DNA of 64,000 nucleotides from the NCBI GenBank assembly GCA_002448475.1, contig DJYI01000100.1:5154-69153 (forward strand). The letters run 5' to 3'. Below are positions 1 through 7,862 of this stretch, in pieces. The notes beneath the pieces were generated by a model that saw only the letters and a list, made by a program, of their open reading frames with translations, was not told the DNA's origin and ran no database searches. The DNA comes from Verrucomicrobia bacterium UBA6982. Lineage in GTDB: Bacteria; Verrucomicrobiota; Kiritimatiellia; RFP12; UBA3636. A program made the translations under genes and the position numbers. Positions within the stretch are counted from its first letter, which is position 1; each line of letters starts with the position of its first letter.

Positions 1-14
1 GTTGGTTCAAGACG

Positions 15-1349
15 GTGGAGGCAGGGGCCAATGTGGAGTCTGACAAGATACTCTCAATCCTTGCGGAACGGATGCAAGACGAAGAATCACTTTGGCATGT
101 GGCTGTTGAGAGCAAGGTTGCAACCCTGTCCTCAAAAACCATGTGCATGGGACGGATTACAGACCCTGTCCGCCTTGTGTCGGCGGCATCCGATCCTGAT
201 TGTCCGCGCGATGTGCGCGAGGCCGCCATCAAACGATTGGAAGATTCTGACGACATTCGAAAGGTGTTCCTGTCAAGCCCCGACAAAATCGGGAGGATGA
301 TTTCGTTCCGCCGTCTTGACGCAAACGACATCAAGTCCCCGGAGATCCGGGATCTCATTGTTCCCCTGTTTGTTTCTCTGGGCGAAAACGGCGAAGAACT
401 GGACTGTTCTGCGAAAATTCTCCAGTGGCTCGACCCGGAGTCCAACGTGGACAGTTGGGATGTTCAGATGAAGATTGCGCGAACGCTTGCCTCGTCCGAC
501 ACGCCGGAAAACCGCAGGGCCGCAAGAAGTCTTCTTGTTGATCCGAACTCAATCGAGAATCTCGCCGTTGAACTCCTGGGGCACAACAGTTCTCTTGCAC
601 TTTGGGCAGTTGATCTGATAATCGGAGACGCCGATCTGGTCAAGATTGTTGATCGCGCGCGGGACCGCGATGTGAAATGCGCGGCGGTTTCACGAATCGC
701 GGACGAAACCGAGCTGTCGCACATAGCCCAAAGCGCTGGCTACAATTCATACGCAAGAGCCGTCGCGGCTTCCAGGTTGGGAATAAACCGCGCTGTGCTT
801 CTTGAACGGCTCGCCAGAGGCAAGGATCCCGTCGTCGCCGCTGGCGCGATGTCCGCCCTGCGTCGTGTTAACCCGACAATCGCCAGCGCGATTGATAAAG
901 ACAGAATGACGTCAGAGGCCGTTGAGCGTGAAAAGCGCAAGAGATATCTTGCCGAACGTGAAAGACGTGACCGGGCGGAAGCCGAAACAGAACGTCTCAA
1001 CGACAGAAACAGGCTGAAACTCGAACTTGCCCCGGAGTTTGCCAACATTGACGTTCAGGAGCGCATCAGAAATTGCCGCGCATGGGCAAACCTCGAAAAG
1101 AACGGAATCTCCGTGACAAGGCGCAAAGTGTCGTTCGCCGGACGTGTCACACTCGTGGAAACGCACTGGTTTTCAAGCGATGAACTCGGCATTTCAGTCG
1201 ACGTGTCCGGCGACGCATTTTCCGTCACCGCCCGCATCTGGACGCTTGAAAACGTGAAAGTCGGCGACCGCGTTCGGATCGAAGGCGAGTTCGCCGAAGG
1301 CAATGAAACTTCTGTCACCCTAAAAAATGCGGAATTCTTCCGCTTGTAA
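15..1349 (+). CDS. hypothetical protein with HEAT/PBS-lyase-like helical repeats, a charged coiled-coil stretch and a beta-rich (OB-like) C-terminal domain; possibly 5'-truncated by the window edge
   Basis: 444-aa ORF. Helical repeat-like segments recur (DVREAAIKRLEDSDD, DVKCAAVSRIADETE, DPVVAAGAMSALRR). An E/R-rich stretch (EREKRKRYLAERERRDRAEAETERL) is followed by VSFAGRVTLVE...VGDRVRIEGEF. The frame stays open upstream to nt 3. Confidence 0.6.
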   Translation: MEAGANVESDKILSILAERMQDEESLWHVAVESKVATLSSKTMCMGRITDPVRLVSAASDPDCPRDVREAAIKRLEDSDDIRKVFLSSPDKIGRMISFRRLDANDIKSPEIRDLIVPLFVSLGENGEELDCSAKILQWLDPESNVDSWDVQMKIARTLASSDTPENRRAARSLLVDPNSIENLAVELLGHNSSLALWAVDLIIGDADLVKIVDRARDRDVKCAAVSRIADETELSHIAQSAGYNSYARAVAASRLGINRAVLLERLARGKDPVVAAGAMSALRRVNPTIASAIDKDRMTSEAVEREKRKRYLAERERRDRAEAETERLNDRNRLKLELAPEFANIDVQERIRNCRAWANLEKNGISVTRRKVSFAGRVTLVETHWFSSDELGISVDVSGDAFSVTARIWTLENVKVGDRVRIEGEFAEGNETSVTLKNAEFFRL

Positions 1350-1368
1350 AAGAAAAAAATTAAAACAA

Positions 1369-1929
1369 ATGAGAAAAATCACATTGCATTCGGCTGATTT
1401 TGCTGGAATGAATTTTGAAGAGGTTGAAGCTTGCATTGCAGGCATGCTTCGCCACTATTCGCCAGAGGGGCGGTGGAAGGCTGTTGAACAGATCAGGAAA
1501 GAGGCAGAGCTGCTGCTAGACCAGGAAGCAGCCTCCGCGATTCTGCTGGCGCTGGTGAAGAGTAAGGACATAACAGGAAGCGAAGCAGTAGAGATATGTA
1601 CAGCCATTTCAAAGGAGGGGGGACCTGTTTCTGAAGCCGCTGCGGCTCTAAGAGACGAGGTTGCCTCCTCGTACCATTTAAGCGCTACAATCATTGCAGG
1701 GGTCTCATTTGGCCTGTCGCTCTGTCTATCCTTTTTTGCATTCCGTAGCGATGTCAGTTCAAGATTTGTTTTCTGGTCTTTTGTGTGTTCGCTGTTCGCT
1801 TTTTTCTCAGCGTTCGGGAATTATAGGCTCGCCAATAACAAGTTCGACAAGGTGACACTATTTTTTGCAATCGCCAGTTTCCCCCTGATGGGTATTGGTC
1901 TTCTTGTTGTTCTGTTTTCACGCTTGTAG
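1369..1929 (+). CDS. hypothetical small membrane protein (soluble helical N-terminus, about 3 C-terminal TM helices)
   Basis: ATG at 1369, 20 nt after the upstream stop and preceded by an A-rich stretch; the longer ORF from 1327 overlaps the upstream gene. Hydrophobic segments: IIAGVSFGLSLCLSFFAF, FVFWSFVCSLFAFFSAF, LFFAIASFPLMGIGLLVVLF. Confidence 0.55.
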   Translation: MRKITLHSADFAGMNFEEVEACIAGMLRHYSPEGRWKAVEQIRKEAELLLDQEAASAILLALVKSKDITGSEAVEICTAISKEGGPVSEAAAALRDEVASSYHLSATIIAGVSFGLSLCLSFFAFRSDVSSRFVFWSFVCSLFAFFSAFGNYRLANNKFDKVTLFFAIASFPLMGIGLLVVLFSRL

Positions 1930-1931
1930 GT

Positions 1932-4265
1932 GTGAAGAAATTCTTCGACAGATACCTGTTTTCCAAAACTGGCATGCAGCTAATCATGTCGGTTTTGACG
2001 GTCCTGCTGTTTTCCGCCGTCGCGTCTCTTTGCCGGAGCCGTACTGGCGGAGGCGGGTTCGAGGGTTCGTTTCAGTTTTTCGGCTGGGGGCTTCGGCAGG
2101 TGTCATCCCCGATGGGCGCCGTGGGAACTCTTGAAACCCTCGATGCCATATCAAATCCCGAAGCAAAGTATGCGACACTGGTTGTCGCAATTTGCTGCTG
2201 GATCGTCAGCATCGCAGTTTTCAGTTTCATCACGGGATCTATCGTTAACTGGTTCCGTAACAGGAGCCAGCTGATTGAGGCGGGGAAAGTCCGCTACCGC
2301 TTCCGAAACCATGGCATCATCATCGGCTGGGATTTCCAGGGCGTCGCGACCGTGCTTGCGATGCTCGACCGTTGGAATCTCCGCGAAGTCGTCGTTCTGT
2401 CCAGACTCCTAGCCGCGAATATTCGCGCGGAGTTGGAATCGGAGATCGACGCGAAGACGATGCGCCGAGTGTTTGTCTGCAACGGAGCGGCGGACATGCC
2501 GGACGAATTGGCCTCCCTCCGGCCGGAGAGGGCTCGGGCAATTGTCATTTTGGGCGATGATGATGCGCCGGATCACGATGTCAGGAATCTCCGTCTAGGC
2601 ACAGAATTTAGGCGGACAATCCAAAGGGCCTTTAGGAAGCATCCTCGGAAGTCAGGTTCGCCCCCGATTCGCCTTTTTGTGTCCGTTTCGGATTCCAATT
2701 CTCTTTCGCTAGCCCAATTCTATCCATCCGAAGCGTTGAAAGTGGAAGACGGCATTGAAATGCACGTCGTTAATTTCTGCCAGGCCGTCGTTCGAGATCT
2801 CTTCTCATCGTTTTCCCAGTTCATCGAATGGAACACGGGACGTAAAAAAGGCGTGTACGAAACGCCGTACATGCCACTTGCCTTCAAGCGTGGTGCAGAG
2901 GCCAACGGCGTACACCTAGTCATTTCAGGCATTGGGGACATGGCCAAGGCGCTCGTCCTGGAATTGGTGCCGCTTTTGGGAGGAAATCGCGGCAACGGGC
3001 GCATCACCCTGTTTTCGGACAATGCGTCCGATCTGGGACGTTTCTCCGCATCCCGTCCTTTTGACCGCCTTATCGGAGTGTCGGTCGAGTTTTGCGCAAT
3101 GGCCATTGACTCTCCACAGGGCGTCTCGCGGTTGTCTGAGATCGTTCGCGACGAGTCGTCAAGCGTGACGATTTGTCTGACGGGTGCCAGCCCGGATGGG
3201 ACCTGGTCGACGGCTGTCAGGTTGCTGCCGGTTCTTCGGTTTGAGAACGTCCGGGTCCTCGTCGAACGGAGGACTCCTGCAACGCGGGTGAACAAAATGG
3301 CTCCGCTGGATATGATGGGGTTAAGGAACGTCCACTTCTTCGGTTTCACGGACTGGTTCTTCGCATCGTTCGCAGACCGTCTTGCCTTGGTTAACAAACT
3401 CCTGCCGGAGACGTCGAAATACACGAGCGACCGGTTCTTCGACGAATCGTTTACCGATGGGCTACTGGAAAACCTTTACGCTAACGGGTTTCGGTTTGAA
3501 TACAATCCAAAACGAGTCCGCAAGCCGGTCGCGGAGCTTTCAGATGCCGAGAGCGAGGCCTTGTCCCGATTTGAACACCTCCGGATTTCCAATTGCCGGA
3601 TCCTTCGTGGCGTTGAACCGGGAGATCTGGACGACCCGGTATTCAAGACCTCCACATCCCTTGTTTCATGGGAACACCTGCCTAAAAACGCGCGCGACGG
3701 ATATCTCAGGCGCATCCGGTCTGGACTCGCCGCGCTTGCCGATCTTTACAACTCCGACGATTGCGAATTTCCGTATGTCGTGGAACGAGACGTGTTCAGA
3801 CGCGTCGTGGGCGTCCTACCGGATGAGAACGCATCGGAAACCCTGTCCGAGCGAAGCGCCATCTGGAAGACAATCGTGAAAGTCAGAAAATCGTCAAAGT
3901 GGCGGCAGCCGGACGGGAAGGAAAAGAGCGAGGCGTCTTTTGCCGTAACGCTCGTTCCGGGACCGGGGGTGTCGCGACAGTTGTATCGCCTTTCCTTCCA
4001 GCGGCGCTTTCCGATGATACTAGTTCTTCCGTCTGCGCGGGACGAGTTTCTGGCGCGTTTTCCGGAAGGACCCTCCCGCAACGACATGGCGCGCTGGATT
4101 CGGAATGCAAGCCGTATCGTCATTTTGCCCGACAATTCCGAAAAACAAATCGAATCGACGATTCGTTCGCTGTCGACGGATTTGCTCGTCCGGTCCGCCG
4201 ATGGATGGCGCATCGACACAAACGCCACATCCGAATCAATTGACAGGCAATCTAACAAATCTTGA
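1932..4265 (+). CDS. 2-TM channel-like membrane protein with two RCK/TrkA-N-like (CASTOR/POLLUX-like) Rossmann domains, a RyR-like segment and an unassigned beta/alpha C-terminal domain
   Basis: 777-aa ORF with a GTG start 2 nt after the upstream stop. Two hydrophobic helices (MQLIMSVLTVLLFSAVASL; LVVAICCWIVSIAVFSFITGSIV) flank a Gly-rich loop. HGIIIGWDFQG...AIVILGDDD resembles the ILGWSDK-type RCK start. A second Rossmann-like segment is VHLVISGIGDMAKALVLELV. GFRFEY...LVSWEHLPKNARDGYLRRI resembles bacterial RyR domains. The tail alternates short strands (VVGVLPDE, FAVTLVPGPG, MILVLPSARDE, RIVILPDN). Confidence 0.6.
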   Translation: MKKFFDRYLFSKTGMQLIMSVLTVLLFSAVASLCRSRTGGGGFEGSFQFFGWGLRQVSSPMGAVGTLETLDAISNPEAKYATLVVAICCWIVSIAVFSFITGSIVNWFRNRSQLIEAGKVRYRFRNHGIIIGWDFQGVATVLAMLDRWNLREVVVLSRLLAANIRAELESEIDAKTMRRVFVCNGAADMPDELASLRPERARAIVILGDDDAPDHDVRNLRLGTEFRRTIQRAFRKHPRKSGSPPIRLFVSVSDSNSLSLAQFYPSEALKVEDGIEMHVVNFCQAVVRDLFSSFSQFIEWNTGRKKGVYETPYMPLAFKRGAEANGVHLVISGIGDMAKALVLELVPLLGGNRGNGRITLFSDNASDLGRFSASRPFDRLIGVSVEFCAMAIDSPQGVSRLSEIVRDESSSVTICLTGASPDGTWSTAVRLLPVLRFENVRVLVERRTPATRVNKMAPLDMMGLRNVHFFGFTDWFFASFADRLALVNKLLPETSKYTSDRFFDESFTDGLLENLYANGFRFEYNPKRVRKPVAELSDAESEALSRFEHLRISNCRILRGVEPGDLDDPVFKTSTSLVSWEHLPKNARDGYLRRIRSGLAALADLYNSDDCEFPYVVERDVFRRVVGVLPDENASETLSERSAIWKTIVKVRKSSKWRQPDGKEKSEASFAVTLVPGPGVSRQLYRLSFQRRFPMILVLPSARDEFLARFPEGPSRNDMARWIRNASRIVILPDNSEKQIESTIRSLSTDLLVRSADGWRIDTNATSESIDRQSNKS

Positions 4266-4344
4266 CTCATTTTAAATCCCTGACGATTACACAACTCCCC
4301 TATCTCAAGCTTTCACTCACCAACACACCAAAAACGAAAGATCC

Positions 4345-5520
4345 ATGATGAAAAAGGAACACAACGGCACATCAGACAAAAAGGCGGAGAAAGAAAACAA
4401 GGCGAAATCCCGCAAGAAGAACATGGCCAAATACGAGTCCTACAAACTTGCGTTCGGGCAAATAAAGAACGCAATTGCGAAGGGGTTCCACATCGAGGCA
4501 ATCGCATTGGAGGAAAGCATCATTTCCGATCGACTTCAGTCAGCGGCCGAGGGGATGGGAATTGTGCTGAAATCAACGCGAAATGGAAGATCTGCTGACT
4601 TTTCCGAACTGGCGAAACTGCCTAGCAAAGAACCCGGATTTCAGTCGCTTTGCGATTTGTTTGCCGAGCGGAGTTTGACAACGGCCGCATTGGTGGAGTG
4701 GGGGCTCTCGAGGAATGATTTCATTCACAATGTCGCCCATGGGGCGCCCGGAGGAAAACCGGCGATTCCGGCATGCGAGTTTTCGTCAGTCGGAAAGGCG
4801 ATTGCGATAAATGGCCTCAAACTCGCAAGGACAGTGTGCGACTGGTCAAAGTCCTGCCAGTCGGATCGGCGAAAAGTTGAAGAATCGCGAAAATGTCGTT
4901 TTCGACTGTTTGTGACTGCGTCTCGCGCTGTGGACATCGCCCATTGCGACTACAGTTGTGACTTCGACGATCCGGGCCATCGCGCAAAATGGAGCCCGAG
5001 CGAACTGGTTTCGGAATTTGGAGGAGTTTACGATTCCCATGGAATAGCCATACCGCTGAATGGAAGTTTGCTTCATGTTGAGGCGGGTGACTGCGAAGAA
5101 AAGGAAATCCGGCTGGATGATTCAGAAATCGGGATCGCGTTCATCGAGTCCCGCATTCCTGAAAAGAACAAAGACCCAGTTATGTACGCTCGAGCTACTT
5201 GGGATGATCAAGAATGGCAAATGTCTGAACTGCCTGATTCAACACTGGACATCAACGGGCGATTCGACATTCACAGAATGTCCATTGGAATCAGGCTGGT
5301 TCCGGATATGAAAGGCGGTGTCGAAAAGCTCGTCTCTCACATCCTTTACGCAGGGCGCGTAATACATGCACCATACGTGCAAACAATAGGACGCGGGGCG
5401 AAGTCCAAATTCTGGACGCTTCAGAATGGCAAATGGAAGAAAATGTCAACTTCGCTCTTGAAGATGAAGATCCGGGAGAATGTCGACAAATTTGAGGCCG
5501 CGTCATTTTTCGGAAAATAG
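4345..5520 (+). CDS. hypothetical protein with an N-terminal HEPN-like domain (RNDFIH = Rx4H motif) and an unassigned C-terminal domain of about 210 aa
   Basis: 391-aa ORF with a Lys-rich N-terminus. Helical segment YKLAFGQIKNAIAKGFHIEAIALEESIISDRLQS is followed by LVEWGLSRNDFIHNVAHG, which matches the R-N-x3-H HEPN signature. I recognise nothing in the C-terminal half. Confidence 0.5.
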   Translation: MMKKEHNGTSDKKAEKENKAKSRKKNMAKYESYKLAFGQIKNAIAKGFHIEAIALEESIISDRLQSAAEGMGIVLKSTRNGRSADFSELAKLPSKEPGFQSLCDLFAERSLTTAALVEWGLSRNDFIHNVAHGAPGGKPAIPACEFSSVGKAIAINGLKLARTVCDWSKSCQSDRRKVEESRKCRFRLFVTASRAVDIAHCDYSCDFDDPGHRAKWSPSELVSEFGGVYDSHGIAIPLNGSLLHVEAGDCEEKEIRLDDSEIGIAFIESRIPEKNKDPVMYARATWDDQEWQMSELPDSTLDINGRFDIHRMSIGIRLVPDMKGGVEKLVSHILYAGRVIHAPYVQTIGRGAKSKFWTLQNGKWKKMSTSLLKMKIRENVDKFEAASFFGK

Positions 5521-5586
5521 CAGTAAATGTATTGATGAGGAAAGGAAATGCGATGATGGAAATGGCTCTATTCGTTCCGGGACGCG

Positions 5587-6114
5587 TCACAGGCCCACGC
5601 CGAGGACGCCGCCTATCTCGCAAAGGCGAAGAAGGACGGAACCTACGACCACGCGGCCTACCGCGAGGCCAGCGCGTCGTTCGGGACAATCGTGCTGGAG
5701 TGCGATCTGGATCTGGAGCCGGCGGTCGTCTACAAGATGTACGAGGATCGGTGGCAGATCGAAATCGTCATGCGGCACTACAAGTCCGCGTGCCGGTTCG
5801 ACGAAACGCGGGTCCACAGCGACTACTCCGTGATCGGAAGCGAGTTCTGCGACTTTCTGGCGACCGTGCTGACGTTTCGCCTGATTAGGGAGTTCGACAA
5901 GGCGCGGCTGCTGGAGAAGAGGACGTATTCGCGGACCATGTCCCTGCTGCGCCGCGCCAAGAAAATCCGCATCGGCGAACATGGGGAATGGCTGCCCGTT
6001 CGGATGAATCCGTCAACGGGGAAAATGTTCGCGGCGCTCGGTCTGGACATCGCGGCGTCCGCGACACCCAAACGCAGACCGGGCCGACCGCCAAAAATCG
6101 GAACGCCAGCTTGA
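5587..6114 (+). pseudogene. remnant of an IS4-superfamily (IS1634-like) DDE transposase; only the C-terminal third is present
   Basis: Translation FGTIVLECDLDLEPAVVYKMYEDRWQIEIVMRHYK carries the Y-x2-R-x3-E-x6-K (YREK) signature of IS4-family transposases. No DDE N-terminal part lies upstream; the frame is closed by TGA at 5554-5556. Base composition jumps to high GC at about 5575. Confidence 0.75.
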
Positions 6115-6197
6115 AACCCACCATCGCGCATGGTATTCTTCACGCCAACGCCTCGCCTGTTGACGGGGTATCACCCCAGCCAATTGGGAAAGTTCTA

Positions 6198-6407
6198 ATG
6201 AACACAATGAAAAGAAATCCGAACCGAAAACGACGAATACGAAGAAACCGGCAAAGGCTTCTTTCAGTTCGTCCAGAATTGACTGAATCTTTTGACTGGG
6301 CGCGTCTTTCCGGCGGACAATGGAAGGAGATTCTTGTCCATGCACCACATCTTTCCGGCAAATGCGACTGGGATACATATGACGGCTGTGACTGGTCCGA
6401 CATTTGA
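6198..6407 (+). CDS. small basic protein ending in two copies of the Trp/Cys repeat (paralogue of 7404-9151)
   Basis: 69 aa from ATG 6198. C-terminus FDWARLSGGQWKEILVHAPHLSGKCDWDTYDGCDW matches the repeat consensus of the large downstream protein. Confidence 0.45.
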   Translation: MNTMKRNPNRKRRIRRNRQRLLSVRPELTESFDWARLSGGQWKEILVHAPHLSGKCDWDTYDGCDWSDI

Positions 6408-7315
6408 CGAGCATCCAGATATGGCAAAACACTTGGCCCATCCATAATCGAATCAATGAAATGACAACCATGACGCTTACAGATCGAATTCATCAAGATT
6501 TGGCAGAGCTTTTTGAAAATCGCGAAGTTTCTGCGGCCAAATCACTTCGCGAATTGATTGATGTTTCGACAAGAGGATTGCCACAACATTTTGTCGGTGA
6601 TCAGGAATCGAAAACAATTCTCGTCATGCTCAACCCCGGACAAGACGAAAAGGAAGCGGATCGGTGTTTCCGATGTGTGACAGAGGACTACGATCATTCG
6701 TCCGTTCAAAAGTTCATCAATCGCTACATCAAGGAGAAAACAGATTTCGGGGAAATCCACAAAGACGAGGAAGACCACTTTGACATCAAACAGGCGGCGT
6801 TTCTCAAGGTGTGGAAGGGAAGCGGTATCAACCTGCCCGTCGGGTTTCCAAATGACAAAAAGACATTTCTTGCAGCGAAGAGAAATGTCCTTATGCAGAA
6901 ACTCCAGTTGGAATTGATTCCGTATTGTTCCCGCGACTTCAAGTTCAAGAAACGGGATTTGACGGCGCTTATTCCTTTCATCGAAACGATATTGGAGGAA
7001 ATCTTCAAGAAAAAGCGGAACATCGTGGTTTTTTGCGCGGGGCTTTTTGAGCGTGTGTTCAAAGCATACAACAAGCACGTTGGCGCAAATGTCTTCTCTA
7101 TTGGCGATGCCGCGAAAAGCAAACCGCTCAAGGACGGTGGAAAACTCCGTGGAAGATGCGCGCCGGTCGAAATTTGCTTTCGTGGAAAGAAGCAACAGGC
7201 GCTTATCGCCTACACGTTTGCGTCCCAGGCGTTGTCCCGCGCTTACCGGCTAATGGAAAGATATGGTGAATTCTGCTTCTCAAACTACGGCATCGCACCT
7301 CCAAAAAACACTTGA
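6404..7315 (+). CDS. hypothetical protein in the lowest-GC part of the window
   Basis: 303-aa ORF. TTG at 6404 overlaps the upstream stop; ATG at 6461 is the more conservative start. It contains KTILVMLNPGQDE and LIPYCSRDF. No family is assigned with confidence. Confidence 0.6.
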   Translation: MTSIQIWQNTWPIHNRINEMTTMTLTDRIHQDLAELFENREVSAAKSLRELIDVSTRGLPQHFVGDQESKTILVMLNPGQDEKEADRCFRCVTEDYDHSSVQKFINRYIKEKTDFGEIHKDEEDHFDIKQAAFLKVWKGSGINLPVGFPNDKKTFLAAKRNVLMQKLQLELIPYCSRDFKFKKRDLTALIPFIETILEEIFKKKRNIVVFCAGLFERVFKAYNKHVGANVFSIGDAAKSKPLKDGGKLRGRCAPVEICFRGKKQQALIAYTFASQALSRAYRLMERYGEFCFSNYGIAPPKNT

Positions 7316-7403
7316 CTGAACATGCTGTGGTCAGGTACCGCAACATGTGAGCGCTTCACGCCCGTTCATCCGTTAGGTTCCATTCGCAAACCACTCCACT
7401 CCC

Positions 7404-7862
7404 ATGAAACAGACCAAGACCAAGACCAATCATCCAACAGTCGGAACGACCGGCCGCAAGTCGAAGAAAACCACATGGTCCGACCTCGTCAGGTTGTACT
7501 CGGAGTATGCCGAAAAATCAGATTGGGACGATCTGGATACGGACGACTGGATTCGGATCCTTCGAGGGCATCCCGAGTTCGTCTGTCGGCTATCCAATGC
7601 CCATCCCGGCAGCTGGGCGCGGTCAAAGCTGCTTCAGGTTCTTCCGAGATATTTCAAGGAGACCGAACCCTGGGGGGAGATGGACGGGGAGGATTGGTGC
7701 AATCTGCTGGAACTCCAGCCCCAGCTTTCGCCAATGTGCGACAAGTGGGAAGATATGGAAGGGGAACAGTGGTTCAATCTTCTAGAGAAGTACCCCTATT
7801 TGTCCGCCTTTTTTCCAAATGGTGCGATTTTGGAAAGTTGGACAGGACGGACTGGCGAATGA
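7404..7862 (+). CDS. Trp/Cys 24-25-aa repeat protein, N-terminal segment (upstream part of a frameshifted gene)
   Basis: 152-aa ORF. Repeats include DWDDLDTDDWIRILRGHPEF, WGEMDGEDWCNLLELQPQLSPMCDKW and EDMEGEQWFNLLEKYPYLSAFF. The repeat pattern stops at the T6 run (7809-7814) and resumes in the -1 frame. Confidence 0.7.
   Translation: MKQTKTKTNHPTVGTTGRKSKKTTWSDLVRLYSEYAEKSDWDDLDTDDWIRILRGHPEFVCRLSNAHPGSWARSKLLQVLPRYFKETEPWGEMDGEDWCNLLELQPQLSPMCDKWEDMEGEQWFNLLEKYPYLSAFFPNGAILESWTGRTGE

Noticed and set aside
7322-7858. N-terminal 179 aa of the 609-aa ORF 7322-9151
   Set aside because: This stretch is Arg/Gly/Ser-rich with no repeat pattern. The overlapping frame (7404-7862) carries genuine repeat units, so the long ORF is a frame artefact upstream of about 7811.
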